A stretch of 58,483 nt of DNA from Eubacteriales bacterium (GCA_045652835.1 JAZOLE010000180.1:1-58483), one strand, 5' to 3'; positions 9,835 to 20,186 are shown, counted from the first letter of the stretch. Translations and numbers: made by a program. Notes: generated by a model not told the origin, from the sequence alone.

Positions 9835-10602
9835 TTAAGGCTGTGAATTTTGATGCAGCACCTCAAACGCAATAACGGTAGTTGCGGATGCAGCTGACAA
9901 GGAGCCATTGAAAGTACGACCGTAATCAATACGAACGATTTGATCGGCGCTGTTCAAAATTGCTCTGGAAATTCCTCGTTTTTCGCCACCAACTACAAGC
10001 AGCAAGGGTTTGTGCAAATCAGCCTCATAAATACCAACCGAATCACGGATACCGGCACATATGATACGGTAACCGGCAGCCTTACATTGTGCAATGGCAG
10101 TTTCCGGATCGCTGACGCGCACGTCCATCTGTTCAGCAGCGCCAGCAGAGGATTTTGCCACAATAGCGGGCACACACAAGCGATTCTGTGGCGGTAAAAT
10201 AACACCGTCAGCACCTGCAGCAAACAAAGAGCGTAAGGCAAAGCCTAAATTAAAGGGGTCTTCAATACCGTCCATCAACACCCAAAAGCCATCCCGGGGA
10301 ATTTGCGAGCAATTATGATAATAACGATCGCCACACAAAGCGACAATCCCTCCATGCGTATTACCTTGCGTAAGCTGATCAATATCCTCAGCAGAAACAA
10401 ACATAATAGCAAACCCATGTACAGCAGACATAGATTTCAAAAAACCTATCTCACGGTATTTACTGCGTTTTTTAGAGGCATCCACAAGCACAGCGTGAAT
10501 CGGACGGTTATTAAGACCGCATTCAAGTCCGTGAAACAAGGCTGAAATCGAAGTCATGCCTTCAAGTATACAGTTATATGAAATATCCTGATAAGACGGC
10601 AT
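9835..10602 (-). CDS. TrmH/SpoU-family RNA 2'-O-methyltransferase
   Basis: DGIEDPFNLGFALRSLFAAGADGVIL and LVVGGEKRGIS...SLSAASATTV SpoU motifs. GGAGG lies 6 nt before the ATG at 10602. Confidence 0.8.
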   Translation of the reverse strand: MPSYQDISYNCILEGMTSISALFHGLECGLNNRPIHAVLVDASKKRSKYREIGFLKSMSAVHGFAIMFVSAEDIDQLTQGNTHGGIVALCGDRYYHNCSQIPRDGFWVLMDGIEDPFNLGFALRSLFAAGADGVILPPQNRLCVPAIVAKSSAGAAEQMDVRVSDPETAIAQCKAAGYRIICAGIRDSVGIYEADLHKPLLLVVGGEKRGISRAILNSADQIVRIDYGRTFNGSLSAASATTVIAFEVLHQNSQP

Positions 10603-10680
10603 AAACAACCTCCGAAAACACATAATACAGCAGAATTGCGCATAAAAATAAAACAGAAACAAAATGTGAGGTACCTAAGT

Positions 10681-10950
10681 ATGATGTACATATCTGCAGA
10701 AAAAGATCGATGCGTACTGCTTGCAAACTATATCATTGAAAATCGGGCAACAGTCAGATTGGCTGCAGCAAGATTCGGCATTAGCAAAAGCACAGTACAC
10801 AAAGATGTTACCCAGGTGCTACCGCACGTAAACAGAGCATTATATTTGCACGTAAAAGAAGTGCTGGATGAAAACAAGCAAGAAAGGCATTTACGCGGAG
10901 GCCAGGCAACCAAGGCAAAATACCTGTCACGGGGGCTGCAAAACAGTTAG
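10681..10950 (+). CDS. spoIIID: sporulation transcriptional regulator SpoIIID
   Basis: YIIENRATVRLAAARFGISKSTVHKDVTQVLP...HLRGGQATKAKY closely matches the SpoIIID pattern. Confidence 0.9.
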   Translation: MMYISAEKDRCVLLANYIIENRATVRLAAARFGISKSTVHKDVTQVLPHVNRALYLHVKEVLDENKQERHLRGGQATKAKYLSRGLQNS

Positions 10951-11331
10951 AACGCCCGGGGAAGTATTTGAAATTGCCAAATGCAGCTATTTTAGTCCCC
11001 TATATTATACAAAACTTTGATTTTGTATAATTGCATATCGGTAATTAAACAATGCCCTATTCTTGTCTTTTTATTCTGCATTCATGATTTTATCCCGAAT
11101 ATTATATCATAAACTTATAATAAAAACAAGCCTTCATAGTAAATTTCACTGTAGTTATGAGGAAAATTTACATATAACTCCATACTCCCCTTTGCTTATA
11201 GCAACCTCAACAAAATTCGCATCATAAAACTGTTCATTATCCCGAATTTCATTTTGCCCCTTTACTTTGAGCATCTTGATATGTTATAATAAATAAAACC
11301 GGTTAATTTTGCCGGTAAGGAGGATTTTATT

Positions 11332-11751
11332 ATGGCTATTAAAATGCGCGTACTTTGCACCCCCGGCAAAAAGAAGCTGGTTTCCATCACTCAGATGATC
11401 AAGCAGGAGTTTGAGCTCAACATCAACGCTGCGGACGTAATTCCGCCTGCTTACTCTTGCGACAAGGAGCGTTTGGTTGTTCTGTGTGTAACCTGCAAGG
11501 GTTCTTTGAAGGATGATATCAGACTGTTCATCAGCGAGCTTAACAAGACTCGTACTGCTAACGTTGCTTTGATGATCGACGGTACTCCCGACGGAGATGC
11601 TTACGTTCGCTCCCTGCTTGCAAATGCAGGCACTAACGTTTGCGAAAAGACGCTGTACATCAATGGCGGAAATCTGTTCAACTCCAAGATCAGCGATCAG
11701 GAGAAAACCGATATTCTCGCTTGGGTCAACGAATGCATCGCATCCATTTAA
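11332..11751 (+). CDS. hypothetical protein (flavodoxin-like alternation, no FMN loop recognised)
   Basis: AAGGAGG RBS and a strong terminator. No diagnostic motif. Confidence 0.5.
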   Translation: MAIKMRVLCTPGKKKLVSITQMIKQEFELNINAADVIPPAYSCDKERLVVLCVTCKGSLKDDIRLFISELNKTRTANVALMIDGTPDGDAYVRSLLANAGTNVCEKTLYINGGNLFNSKISDQEKTDILAWVNECIASI

Positions 11752-11760
11752 CTCACATAT

Positions 11761-11786
11761 AAAAAAGAGGCGCAAGCCTCTTTTTT
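11761..11786. terminator. bidirectional intrinsic terminator
   Basis: aaaaaaGAGGCgcaaGCCTCtttttt. Confidence 0.85.
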
Positions 11787-11804
11787 ATTGCTGGTTTTTC
11801 ACTA

Positions 11805-12548
11805 TCAATGTCCGAATTTGTAGCCGTAGAACATATCTTCCACCAAAAGCTTACCGTTTCTGTCCGTGATGATAATGTACGTCGCAGCGTTTCCATCGCT
11901 ACCGATATCGGTTCGGAACGTGCCATTATTCTTATGAATGGAATACTGAAGCACAAAGTGGTATTCCGTGTAGTCTCCAAGCTTTTTATCCGAAACCTTT
12001 TGCTGCATGATATTTGTGATCTTGATATCATAAAGCTGCGTCATAGTAAAGCCCGGGTCGGGCTCCACTTGCTTGTGCTCAAAATAATAATCGCTAAAGC
12101 AAGCATTATAAGCATCGGCATCTCCCATGATAATGCTTTCAACCATATCACAAATCAGCGTAACTCCCATGGCTTGCTTATCACGGTTTGAATCGTCAAG
12201 TTCAATCATAGAGCCAAGCTGCGTTTTGTCTGCGTAGTAATAAATCTTTCTGTCAAGCCCCAGATACTCTTTATCCTTCATGATATCATAATCGTAGTCG
12301 ATGGGATAGAAAATAATCGTAAAGTCATTTCCCTGATACTCGTTTCCTGCTCCCCCGGTCAGCCAATCTTCAAGCCAGGGGAAGTACCCATACAGGGTCT
12401 GTGCAACCGCATCGGTAAGAAAAGACGAAAAAATAAAATATACCATCACAAACGCAAGCATCGCGCAAAACGTAATGATTATGATCTTTTTGAGTTTTTT
12501 TGTTTGCTCTCGGGCGCTTCTTGGAATATCGTGTTGCTGCTGATTCAC
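11805..12548 (-). CDS. hypothetical N-terminally membrane-anchored protein
   Basis: One TM segment (IIIITFCAMLAFVMVYFIFSSF) followed by a soluble domain of about 200 aa. No motif recognised. Confidence 0.5.
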   Translation of the reverse strand: MNQQQHDIPRSAREQTKKLKKIIIITFCAMLAFVMVYFIFSSFLTDAVAQTLYGYFPWLEDWLTGGAGNEYQGNDFTIIFYPIDYDYDIMKDKEYLGLDRKIYYYADKTQLGSMIELDDSNRDKQAMGVTLICDMVESIIMGDADAYNACFSDYYFEHKQVEPDPGFTMTQLYDIKITNIMQQKVSDKKLGDYTEYHFVLQYSIHKNNGTFRTDIGSDGNAATYIIITDRNGKLLVEDMFYGYKFGH

Positions 12549-12743
12549 AAAATAATCTCCTATTCATAGTGCGTTGTGTTTATTATATCATATTCTGCCG
12601 TCGAAAGCAAGCCTGCTTGCAAGGAAAGGTATGAATATCTTGCAAATTTTCTTGCAAAAAGTTTCGCATTATTTGCGAAAGGTGTTGTATAATTTGTTGA
12701 CATATGATATAATATTATGAATAATTATTTCCCGGAGCAAATT

Positions 12744-14606
12744 ATGAAATATCTTGTTTTAATACCCGACGGAATGGCTGATTACTGCGTGGAGCAGTTA
12801 GATGATCAAACTCCTATGCAACAAGCGTACAAGCCTTGTATGGATGCGCTTGCCAAGGAAGCCATGGTTGGTATCGTCTCAAATGTCCCCGAAGGCATGG
12901 TTCCTGAGAGTGATACCGCGAATATGGCTATTTTATCATTCGATCCCAAGGTATATTCTCGTGGCCGCTCTCCGTTGGAGGCGGTCAGCATGGGGATTGA
13001 TATGCAGCCTGATGAAACTGCATTCCGTTGCAATCTTGTCACGCTTTCCGAGGACGAGGATCTCTATGAAGATAAGATCATGATCGACCACAGCGCGGAC
13101 GAGATTTCCACACAAGAAGCTGATGAGCTGATCAAAGCACTGCAAGAGCACTTTGGTAATGATTTTCGCACGTTCTATACAGGTGTTAGCTATAGACATT
13201 GCTTGATATGGAAGGATCAACCCGAAAGTTATCCTTTTATGCGTCCACATGATATTCTCGGTCAATGTATCAGGGATTATCTGCCCGTAGCCGAAGGCGG
13301 CGAGGATTATTATGCACTGATGAAGGAAAGCTATGAAGTGTTAAATAACCACCCCGTAAATCAGGCAAGACGCGCTCGCGGTCTGCGACCTGCAAACTCT
13401 GCATGGTTATGGAGCCCCGGAAAAAAGCCGACACTTCCCTCTTTCCGTGAAAAATGGGGAATTGACGGTGCTGTGATCTCTGCTGTAGACCTGATCAAAG
13501 GTATTGGTATTTGTGCAGGCATGCGCTCAATCGACGTAGAGGGTGCTACCGGCAACGTGCACACCAATTATGAGGGGAAAGCTCAGGCAGCAATCGATGC
13601 ATTCAAGTCAGGTATTGATTTTGTTTACGTACACGTTGAAGGACCTGACGAGTGCGGTCACCGCGGCGAGATCGACAACAAAGTACTTTCTATTGAATTG
13701 ATCGATCAAAAGATCCTTAAGCCGGTTTATGAGTATCTTGCAAGTTGTGACGATGATTTCAAGATCCTGATTTTGCCTGATCATCCGACGCCTTTGCAGC
13801 TTCGTACACATTCCTCCGATCCTGTACCGTTCATGCTCTACGATTCCAAGAAAGAATACGTGGGAGTTGATACCTTTGACGAGCAATCTGCAAGCCAGAC
13901 TGAAATCACTGTCGAGCATGGTCACGATCTGCTGGACATGGTCATTGATAAAAACGCTCAAGGCAATACATCAAGCCAAAATAATGCTAACAAGTCAAGT
14001 TCCTTTGCTTCAAATTTTTTTGACTATCTTGAGATATTCGTGCTTTCGATTACCATGGTGCTGATTTTGTTTACCTTCTGCGCCCGACTTTGCCGCGTGG
14101 ATGGTGAGTCTATGAAAAACACCTTTGAGAACGGACAAATGCTTGTTATCAGCGATTTGTTTTACACACCTGATAACGGTGATGTTGTAGTCTTCCACCA
14201 AACCGAAAGATATCAAAAGCCCTTGGTAAAGCGCGTAATTGCTACCGGCGGTCAGCAGGTTGTATTGAATTTTGATCAAAAGTCTATTGTTATCACGGAT
14301 AAGCAAACCGGTGAGCGTGTTGATTACAGCGACGAGTTTGCAACGTTTTATAACCGTGACAAGACCGATCATGGAGATCAATACGAATGGATTGATAATC
14401 TGTATTCCTCCAATAATCCTTTGAATGCCGTATATGATCAAGAATCGGGCAATTATGTATTTACAGTACCCGATGGGATGCTGTTCGTTATGGGAGATAA
14501 CAGAAACTTCTCCGCAGATAGCCGCAGCATCGGATTTATTGACGAGCGCACGGTACTTGGCAAAGCCATTATTCGTATAAAGCCCTTTACTATTTACACA
14601 GACTAA
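12744..14606 (+). CDS. fusion protein: cofactor-independent phosphoglycerate mutase-like (ApgM family) domain + TM segment + signal peptidase I (S26)
   Basis: N-terminal part has IPDGMAD, ESDTANM, HVEGPDECGHRGE and LPDHPTP. C-terminal part has a TM segment, then GESMKNT, VKRVIATGG and GDNRNFSADSR. The frame is uninterrupted. GGAG lies 7 nt before the ATG at 12744. Confidence 0.8.
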   Translation: MKYLVLIPDGMADYCVEQLDDQTPMQQAYKPCMDALAKEAMVGIVSNVPEGMVPESDTANMAILSFDPKVYSRGRSPLEAVSMGIDMQPDETAFRCNLVTLSEDEDLYEDKIMIDHSADEISTQEADELIKALQEHFGNDFRTFYTGVSYRHCLIWKDQPESYPFMRPHDILGQCIRDYLPVAEGGEDYYALMKESYEVLNNHPVNQARRARGLRPANSAWLWSPGKKPTLPSFREKWGIDGAVISAVDLIKGIGICAGMRSIDVEGATGNVHTNYEGKAQAAIDAFKSGIDFVYVHVEGPDECGHRGEIDNKVLSIELIDQKILKPVYEYLASCDDDFKILILPDHPTPLQLRTHSSDPVPFMLYDSKKEYVGVDTFDEQSASQTEITVEHGHDLLDMVIDKNAQGNTSSQNNANKSSSFASNFFDYLEIFVLSITMVLILFTFCARLCRVDGESMKNTFENGQMLVISDLFYTPDNGDVVVFHQTERYQKPLVKRVIATGGQQVVLNFDQKSIVITDKQTGERVDYSDEFATFYNRDKTDHGDQYEWIDNLYSSNNPLNAVYDQESGNYVFTVPDGMLFVMGDNRNFSADSRSIGFIDERTVLGKAIIRIKPFTIYTD

Positions 14607-14626
14607 TCCCGAAAGGAAATGAACTA

Positions 14627-15499
14627 ATGCCCTCTCAGGTAATTCAATGGTTTCCCGGACATATGGCGAAAACGCGCCGCTTGATCTCGGAAAACCTTAA
14701 AAACGTTGACATTATCATAGAAATTCTGGATGCACGAATTCCCTATTCGTCCAGAAATCCCGAAATTGGAAAGATGATCGGTGAAAAACCCACGCTCCTG
14801 TTGCTGAACAAAGCTTCCTTGGCAGATCCTGCAGCGAACAAGCACTGGGTACAGCATTATACAAACGATCACACCGTATGTATCCTGACCGACTGCATTG
14901 GTGGCGAAGGCATTAAGCAGCTCAGCCCGGCTATCCACGATATTTTAATTGAAAAAGTGGAAAGATACAAAAATAAAGGTATGGCAGGCAGAAAGCTGCG
15001 CGCTATGGTGCTGGGTGTTCCCAACGTAGGTAAATCCTCGCTGATCAATAAACTTTGCGGCAATAAAAAAGCCAAGGTAGAAAACCGTCCCGGTGTAACC
15101 GTTGATAAGCAATGGGTTGCTACCAATATCGGTATTGATCTTTTGGATATGCCCGGAATCCTTTGGCCCAAGTTTGAAGAAAGAACGGTTGGCGAAAATC
15201 TTGCCATTACCGGTGCAATCAAGGACGATATTCTGGACATCGAAGAAATCGCCATGATTCTGTGCGGCAGATTACGCACACTCTATCCGGCACTTTTAAG
15301 TGAGCGCTACAAGCTTGGAGATATGTCGCAGTATGATGATATGAGCGATTACGATCTGATGCTTGCCATTGGTAAAAAGCGCGGATTTTTGATCTCGGGC
15401 GGCGAGGTGCATTCCGAACGTACTGCAAATATGCTGCTTGATGAATATCGTGCAGGAAAAATCGGACGCGTGACTCTTGATATGCGTCGCGACGATTAA
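14627..15499 (+). CDS. rbgA: ribosome biogenesis GTPase A (YlqF/RbgA)
   Basis: IQWFPGHMAK, circularly permuted GTPase motifs (LLNKASL...GVPNVGKSSLIN...DMPG). Confidence 0.92.
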   Translation: MPSQVIQWFPGHMAKTRRLISENLKNVDIIIEILDARIPYSSRNPEIGKMIGEKPTLLLLNKASLADPAANKHWVQHYTNDHTVCILTDCIGGEGIKQLSPAIHDILIEKVERYKNKGMAGRKLRAMVLGVPNVGKSSLINKLCGNKKAKVENRPGVTVDKQWVATNIGIDLLDMPGILWPKFEERTVGENLAITGAIKDDILDIEEIAMILCGRLRTLYPALLSERYKLGDMSQYDDMSDYDLMLAIGKKRGFLISGGEVHSERTANMLLDEYRAGKIGRVTLDMRRDD

Positions 15500-15508
15500 G
15501 GAGCTATC

Positions 15509-16120
15509 ATGTTAGATTATACACTGGAATCCGAACTTTACGATCTTGGATATCAAAGCGTCTGCGGTGTTGACGAAGCAGGCAGAGGCCCTTTATGCGG
15601 CCCTGTTGTTGCAGCGGCATGTATTTTGCCGTGCGGACTTGTTTTGCCGGGACTCAACGATTCCAAAAAGCTTTCGGAGAAAAAAAGAGATCAGCTTTTT
15701 GATGTGATCAAAGAAAATGCAATAGCTTACTGCATTGCAAGCGCGAGTGTTGAGGAAATTGATCAGCTGAATATCTTGGAGGCTACGCTGCTTGCCATGC
15801 GGCGCGCAATTGACGGACTTTCGGTCAAAGCGGATTTTGCATTGATCGACGGCAATGTTTCCAGAGATTTTCAGATCGATGCCAAAGCCGTCATTTCCGG
15901 AGATGCAACTTCCCCGTCCATTGCGGCTGCTTCCATTCTGGCAAAGGTCACGCGTGACCGTATGTGTGTGGAGCTGGATGCCGCTTATCCGCAATACGGT
16001 ATAGCAAAACACAAAGGATACGGCACCAAGGTACACATGCAGGCATTGCGCGAGCACGGTGCTTCGCCCATTCACAGAAAGCAATTTGTGCGCTTTCTGG
16101 AAAAAGAAAAGCATGAATAA
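15509..16120 (+). CDS. rnhB: ribonuclease HII
   Basis: [19 protein letters not shown]...DSKKLS...ASILAKV motifs. Confidence 0.92.
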   Translation: MLDYTLESELYDLGYQSVCGVDEAGRGPLCGPVVAAACILPCGLVLPGLNDSKKLSEKKRDQLFDVIKENAIAYCIASASVEEIDQLNILEATLLAMRRAIDGLSVKADFALIDGNVSRDFQIDAKAVISGDATSPSIAAASILAKVTRDRMCVELDAAYPQYGIAKHKGYGTKVHMQALREHGASPIHRKQFVRFLEKEKHE

Positions 16121-16565
16121 AGCGCAGGTTGGCAAGCGCGGCGAGCAAGTTGCAGCGAAATTCCTGCAACGGCACGGATATGACATACTTGAGCGCAATT
16201 TGCACGTCTCACATCAGGAGATCGATATTATTGCAGTAAACAAGCAATACATTGCTTTTGTTGAAGTAAAAACTCGCTTATGCCGTCCTGAGGATGCGGA
16301 TGCATATTCGGCACCTGCGTCCGCTGTTACCTATCAAAAGCAAACGCATCTGTTACGTGCCGCCAACACGTATCTTGCCAAAAGCAATTGTACTATGCAT
16401 CCGCGTATGGACGTGATTGAGGTTTACCTCGCACCCGACAAAGACTTAAAGCCTGCCGATAAATTGATTGAAAAGATTACCGGTATGTTCGGCACACCGC
16501 ACAGACGGGTTTTGCATATTAACCACATTGAGAATGCCTTTGGCGCCCACGGATATCGTCCATAG
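16113..16565 (+). CDS. YraN-family (UPF0102) endonuclease-like protein
   Basis: [23 protein letters not shown]...EIDIIA...FVEVKTR. The start overlaps the rnhB stop. Confidence 0.8.
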   Translation: MNKAQVGKRGEQVAAKFLQRHGYDILERNLHVSHQEIDIIAVNKQYIAFVEVKTRLCRPEDADAYSAPASAVTYQKQTHLLRAANTYLAKSNCTMHPRMDVIEVYLAPDKDLKPADKLIEKITGMFGTPHRRVLHINHIENAFGAHGYRP

Positions 16566-16580
16566 TCGAAAGGAGCATTT

Positions 16581-17531
16581 ATGAACCTATCGTTGTTTGA
16601 TACGCATTGCGATACTGCATTTGAACTGTATCGCAGAAATGAAGGATTGCGGGATAATTCCTGCCACATTTCCCTATCCCACGCAAATCCGTATGACAGA
16701 TACGTGCAATTATTTGCAATTTGGTCAGATCGCAGACGTGATAACCAAACCTGCTGGGAGGACTTTTTAAAGATTGCTGATAACTTTGATCAGCTGATCG
16801 AGCAGGAACAGCAAAGCATTATACGCATCCGCACCAAAACAGAGCTTGAGCAAGCCATTGAAGCCTCGAAAAGAGCTGCTGTGTTGGCAGTTGAGGATGC
16901 TAGATTGCTTGCAGGCGATATTGACCGTCTGCATGTGCTGTACGATAAAGGTGTGCGCTGTATGACGCTTTTATGGGGCGGAGAGACCTGCATTGGCGGA
17001 TCGCACAATACAGACGTTGGCTTAACCGATTTCGGAAAGCAAGTTGTGCGCGGCTGCTTTGAGCTTGGTATCATACCTGATATTTCGCATGCTTCCGAGC
17101 AAAGCGTAGATGACGTCATCGAGATTGCAAACGAATATCAAAAGCCCTTTATCGCAACACATTCCAATTCCTACTCGGCTTACGCACATTCAAGAAATCT
17201 GCGCGACAGACACCTTACCGAATTGATGCGTCTTGGCGGCGTTGTGGGAGTCAGCATGTGTCCCTCACATTTGCGCGATTGCTCTGTCCAAAACGCTTCT
17301 GTCCAAGACGTTGTCCGCCATATTGAGCGCTATCTGGAGCTTGGTGCCCAAGATCACCTTTGCTTTGGCTGTGATTTCGACGGAACCGATTTACCGGACG
17401 GTATTGAACACGTAGACCATCTTTATAAGGTTGCAGATATGCTTTCCAAGCACGGCTGCAGTGCGCAACTCATTGAAAACATATTCTGGAAGAATGCATT
17501 TGCGTTTTTTCAAAATCAATTTACTTCATAA
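16581..17531 (+). CDS. membrane dipeptidase (peptidase M19 family)
   Basis: LFDTHCDT N-terminal metal motif, HASEQS, ATHSNS. AAAGGAG RBS. Confidence 0.8.
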   Translation: MNLSLFDTHCDTAFELYRRNEGLRDNSCHISLSHANPYDRYVQLFAIWSDRRRDNQTCWEDFLKIADNFDQLIEQEQQSIIRIRTKTELEQAIEASKRAAVLAVEDARLLAGDIDRLHVLYDKGVRCMTLLWGGETCIGGSHNTDVGLTDFGKQVVRGCFELGIIPDISHASEQSVDDVIEIANEYQKPFIATHSNSYSAYAHSRNLRDRHLTELMRLGGVVGVSMCPSHLRDCSVQNASVQDVVRHIERYLELGAQDHLCFGCDFDGTDLPDGIEHVDHLYKVADMLSKHGCSAQLIENIFWKNAFAFFQNQFTS

Positions 17532-17546
17532 ACCGGAGACCACATT

Positions 17547-19034
17547 ATGAAATTCCAAAGCACAAGAGATTCAAATCAAGTAAAATACACTTCTGCACAG
17601 GTTATCAGAAAAGGACTTGCCGATGATGGCGGTCTGTTCGTTCCGGAGTCCATTCCTACGCTGAGTACTGACGAGATCACTTCGCTCTGCGCCATGGATT
17701 ATGCGCATCGCGCGGCTTATATTCTGGGCAAGTATCTGACAGATTACACACAGGAGGAACTGCTTGCAGACTGCCAATTGGCTTATCGCGAGGACTCGTT
17801 CGTAGGCGGTGCCGCTCCCTTGCATCACGTTTGCGACAACGTATATACGCAAGAGCTGTGGCACGGACCCACGGCAGCATTCAAAGATATGGCACTGCAG
17901 ATCATGCCTCGTTTGCTTTCCCGTGCACTCAAAAAGACGGGCGAACAGCGCAAGGCTCTCATTTTGGTTGCAACCTCGGGCGATACCGGCAAGGCTGCGC
18001 TTGAAGGCTACCGCGATGTAGATCAGGTATGTATTTCCGTATTCTATCCCGTCAACGGCGTCAGCAAGATCCAAAAGATGCAAATGGTCACACAGCAGGG
18101 TGAAAACGTTAACGTATGTGCTATTCACGGCAATTTTGACGATGCACAAACCGGTGTCAAGCGTATTTTTGCTGATGCCGAGGCAGCAAGCACCTTGAAT
18201 GAAAAAGGCTTTTTCCTGTCCAGCGCAAACTCGATCAACTGGGGCAGACTTGCTCCGCAGATCGTTTATTACGTATCCGCTTACTGCGATCTGCTGAGCC
18301 AAGGACGTATTCAGATGGGTGAACTCATCAACGTCTGTGTTCCTACCGGTAACTTTGGCAATATTTTTGCCGCTTATCTTGCAAAGCAAATGGGATTGCC
18401 CATCGGCAAACTGATTTGCGCTTCCAACAAAAACAATATTCTCACCGATTTCTTGCAAACCGGCACTTACGACCGCAACCGTCAGTTCCATCTGACCATG
18501 TCGCCTTCCATGGACATTCTGATTTCCAGCAACCTGGAGCGTTTGCTCTATCTGGTTGCAGGCGCTGAACAGACCAAAGCTTATATGGAATCACTTGCTG
18601 CAAACGGTGCATATACTGTCAGCAATGCAGTCAAGGCACGTATTGATGCGGATTTCTGCGGCTATTTTGCCGATGAAGCGCAAACTGCGCAAACGATTAG
18701 TAAGTATGCACAGGGTGGTTATCTGATGGATACACACACCGCAGTCGGTGTTTGCTGCGCAGAACAGTATCTGCAACAATCGCAAGACACGGCAACGCCC
18801 ATGGTAGTTGCATCCACTGCAAGTCCCTATAAGTTTGCTGCAGACGTATATACCTCTCTTGGCAAAGCCGCTCCCTCGGACCCTCTGCAGTCGCAGGCGC
18901 TGCTTTCCGAGCACACGGGCACACAGATTCCCTATCCGCTGGTCGGTCTTGGCGAGCGCACGGTAAGATTTGATATGACCGTTGATGACAAGGATATTTT
19001 GCAGGAAGTACTGCGATTTGCCGATACCCAGTAA
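17547..19034 (+). CDS. thrC: threonine synthase (long form)
   Basis: STR...GLADDGGLFVPE N-terminus, HGPTAAFKD PLP-lysine motif, ATSGDTGKA. Confidence 0.92.
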   Translation: MKFQSTRDSNQVKYTSAQVIRKGLADDGGLFVPESIPTLSTDEITSLCAMDYAHRAAYILGKYLTDYTQEELLADCQLAYREDSFVGGAAPLHHVCDNVYTQELWHGPTAAFKDMALQIMPRLLSRALKKTGEQRKALILVATSGDTGKAALEGYRDVDQVCISVFYPVNGVSKIQKMQMVTQQGENVNVCAIHGNFDDAQTGVKRIFADAEAASTLNEKGFFLSSANSINWGRLAPQIVYYVSAYCDLLSQGRIQMGELINVCVPTGNFGNIFAAYLAKQMGLPIGKLICASNKNNILTDFLQTGTYDRNRQFHLTMSPSMDILISSNLERLLYLVAGAEQTKAYMESLAANGAYTVSNAVKARIDADFCGYFADEAQTAQTISKYAQGGYLMDTHTAVGVCCAEQYLQQSQDTATPMVVASTASPYKFAADVYTSLGKAAPSDPLQSQALLSEHTGTQIPYPLVGLGERTVRFDMTVDDKDILQEVLRFADTQ

Positions 19035-19044
19035 TAACTAAAAA

Positions 19045-19071
19045 GCGGACATCGGGTAACCCGATGTCCGC
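19045..19071. terminator. bidirectional intrinsic terminator
   Basis: GCGGACATCGGGtaaCCCGATGTCCGC. Confidence 0.75.
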
Positions 19072-19078
19072 GCAGGAA

Positions 19079-19267
19079 TTACAGCTTTTCCTGATCCTGC
19101 TTGAAGGTAGAACAGATCGTATCGGTAGAAGAGGTGGCGAAGGAAGGTCCAATTGCAATCTCACCGGCAGTACAATAGCACTCACCGTCGTGATATGCGC
19201 AGTTCTTTACATCGCACTTTACGTCTTTGATGTGCTTTTCGCATCCGCATCCGCGCTTATTATCCAT
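19079..19267 (-). CDS. DUF1540 domain-containing small Cys-rich protein
   Basis: VKCDVKNCAYHDGECYCTAGEIAI repeat pattern. AAGGAG lies 8 nt before the ATG at 19267. Confidence 0.75.
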   Translation of the reverse strand: MDNKRGCGCEKHIKDVKCDVKNCAYHDGECYCTAGEIAIGPSFATSSTDTICSTFKQDQEKL

Positions 19268-19347
19268 TTTCATTTCTCCTTTTGTCAATCTGACAATAGT
19301 AGTATGCTCGAGTTTATCATATTTATTCTTACAGAAAGGAGCTCTCC

Positions 19348-20073
19348 ATGGCAATTTATACCATAGCAGATTTACATTTGTCCACCAACGATCAAACCAA
19401 TAAATCCATGGAAGTGTTTGGTGCTCGCTGGAATGGATACGTTGAAAAATTGGAGCAACATTGGCGTAACACTGTCAAGGATGGTGATACCGTGGTAATT
19501 CCCGGCGATATTTCCTGGGCTTTGACACTGGAAGAAGCCGCACAAGACCTTTGCTTTTTGAATACGCTTCCCGGAAATAAAATCATTGGTAAAGGAAATC
19601 ATGATTTTTGGTGGTCAACAGCATCCAAGCTGAATGCTTTTTTTACGCAACATAAAATTGATACCATATCACTTTTACATAACAATGCATACAAGGTTGA
19701 TAACAAAATCATCTGCGGAACGCGCGGTTGGTTTACCGATGACAGCCAGCAGTTAACCGTATCTCAAACCGATTATGCCAAGATCGTCAATCGAGAAGTC
19801 ATCAGACTTGAGCTCAGCCTGAAGCAGGGGTTGTCCATGCAAAATGCGGATGATCCTGAGGAAATTCTCGTATTCTTGCATTTTCCACCCGTTTGGGGCA
19901 ATTTTATCTGTCCTGAAATTCTTGACACATTGTCTAAATACGGTATCAAGAATTGTTACTTTGGACATATTCATGGCGGTTACAATCTGCCAAGCGTACT
20001 CTATTATAACGATATGCGCTTTGTCAGAATATCCGCAGATCATCTTTCCTTCCTTCCCTACCCGATAAAATAA
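19348..20073 (+). CDS. metallophosphoesterase family protein
   Basis: IADLHL, GDISW, GKGNHD and GHIHG motifs. Confidence 0.8.
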   Translation: MAIYTIADLHLSTNDQTNKSMEVFGARWNGYVEKLEQHWRNTVKDGDTVVIPGDISWALTLEEAAQDLCFLNTLPGNKIIGKGNHDFWWSTASKLNAFFTQHKIDTISLLHNNAYKVDNKIICGTRGWFTDDSQQLTVSQTDYAKIVNREVIRLELSLKQGLSMQNADDPEEILVFLHFPPVWGNFICPEILDTLSKYGIKNCYFGHIHGGYNLPSVLYYNDMRFVRISADHLSFLPYPIK

Positions 20074-20104
20074 GATATTTTACAAGGGAAAATCGGGATT
20101 TCTA

Positions 20105-20133
20105 TTGACAAAAACCGTTTAATTGTGTACAAT
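20105..20133 (+). promoter_or_regulatory. sigma-A type promoter of tig
   Basis: TTGACA, 17-nt spacer, TACAAT, with TG at -15. Confidence 0.65.
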
Positions 20134-20186
20134 ATATAGGTTGTGAAAAATAAAAAATAAATAAATCAAAATTTTGGAGGATCAAA

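Noticed and set aside
10951-11331. A 380-nt AT-rich gap after spoIIID, with the 9-bp palindrome TATACAAAActttgaTTTTGTATA (11006-11029), considered as a possible sRNA.
   Set aside because: There is no promoter-plus-terminator pair delimiting a transcript. The palindrome may simply be a weak spoIIID terminator or an operator. The evidence is insufficient.
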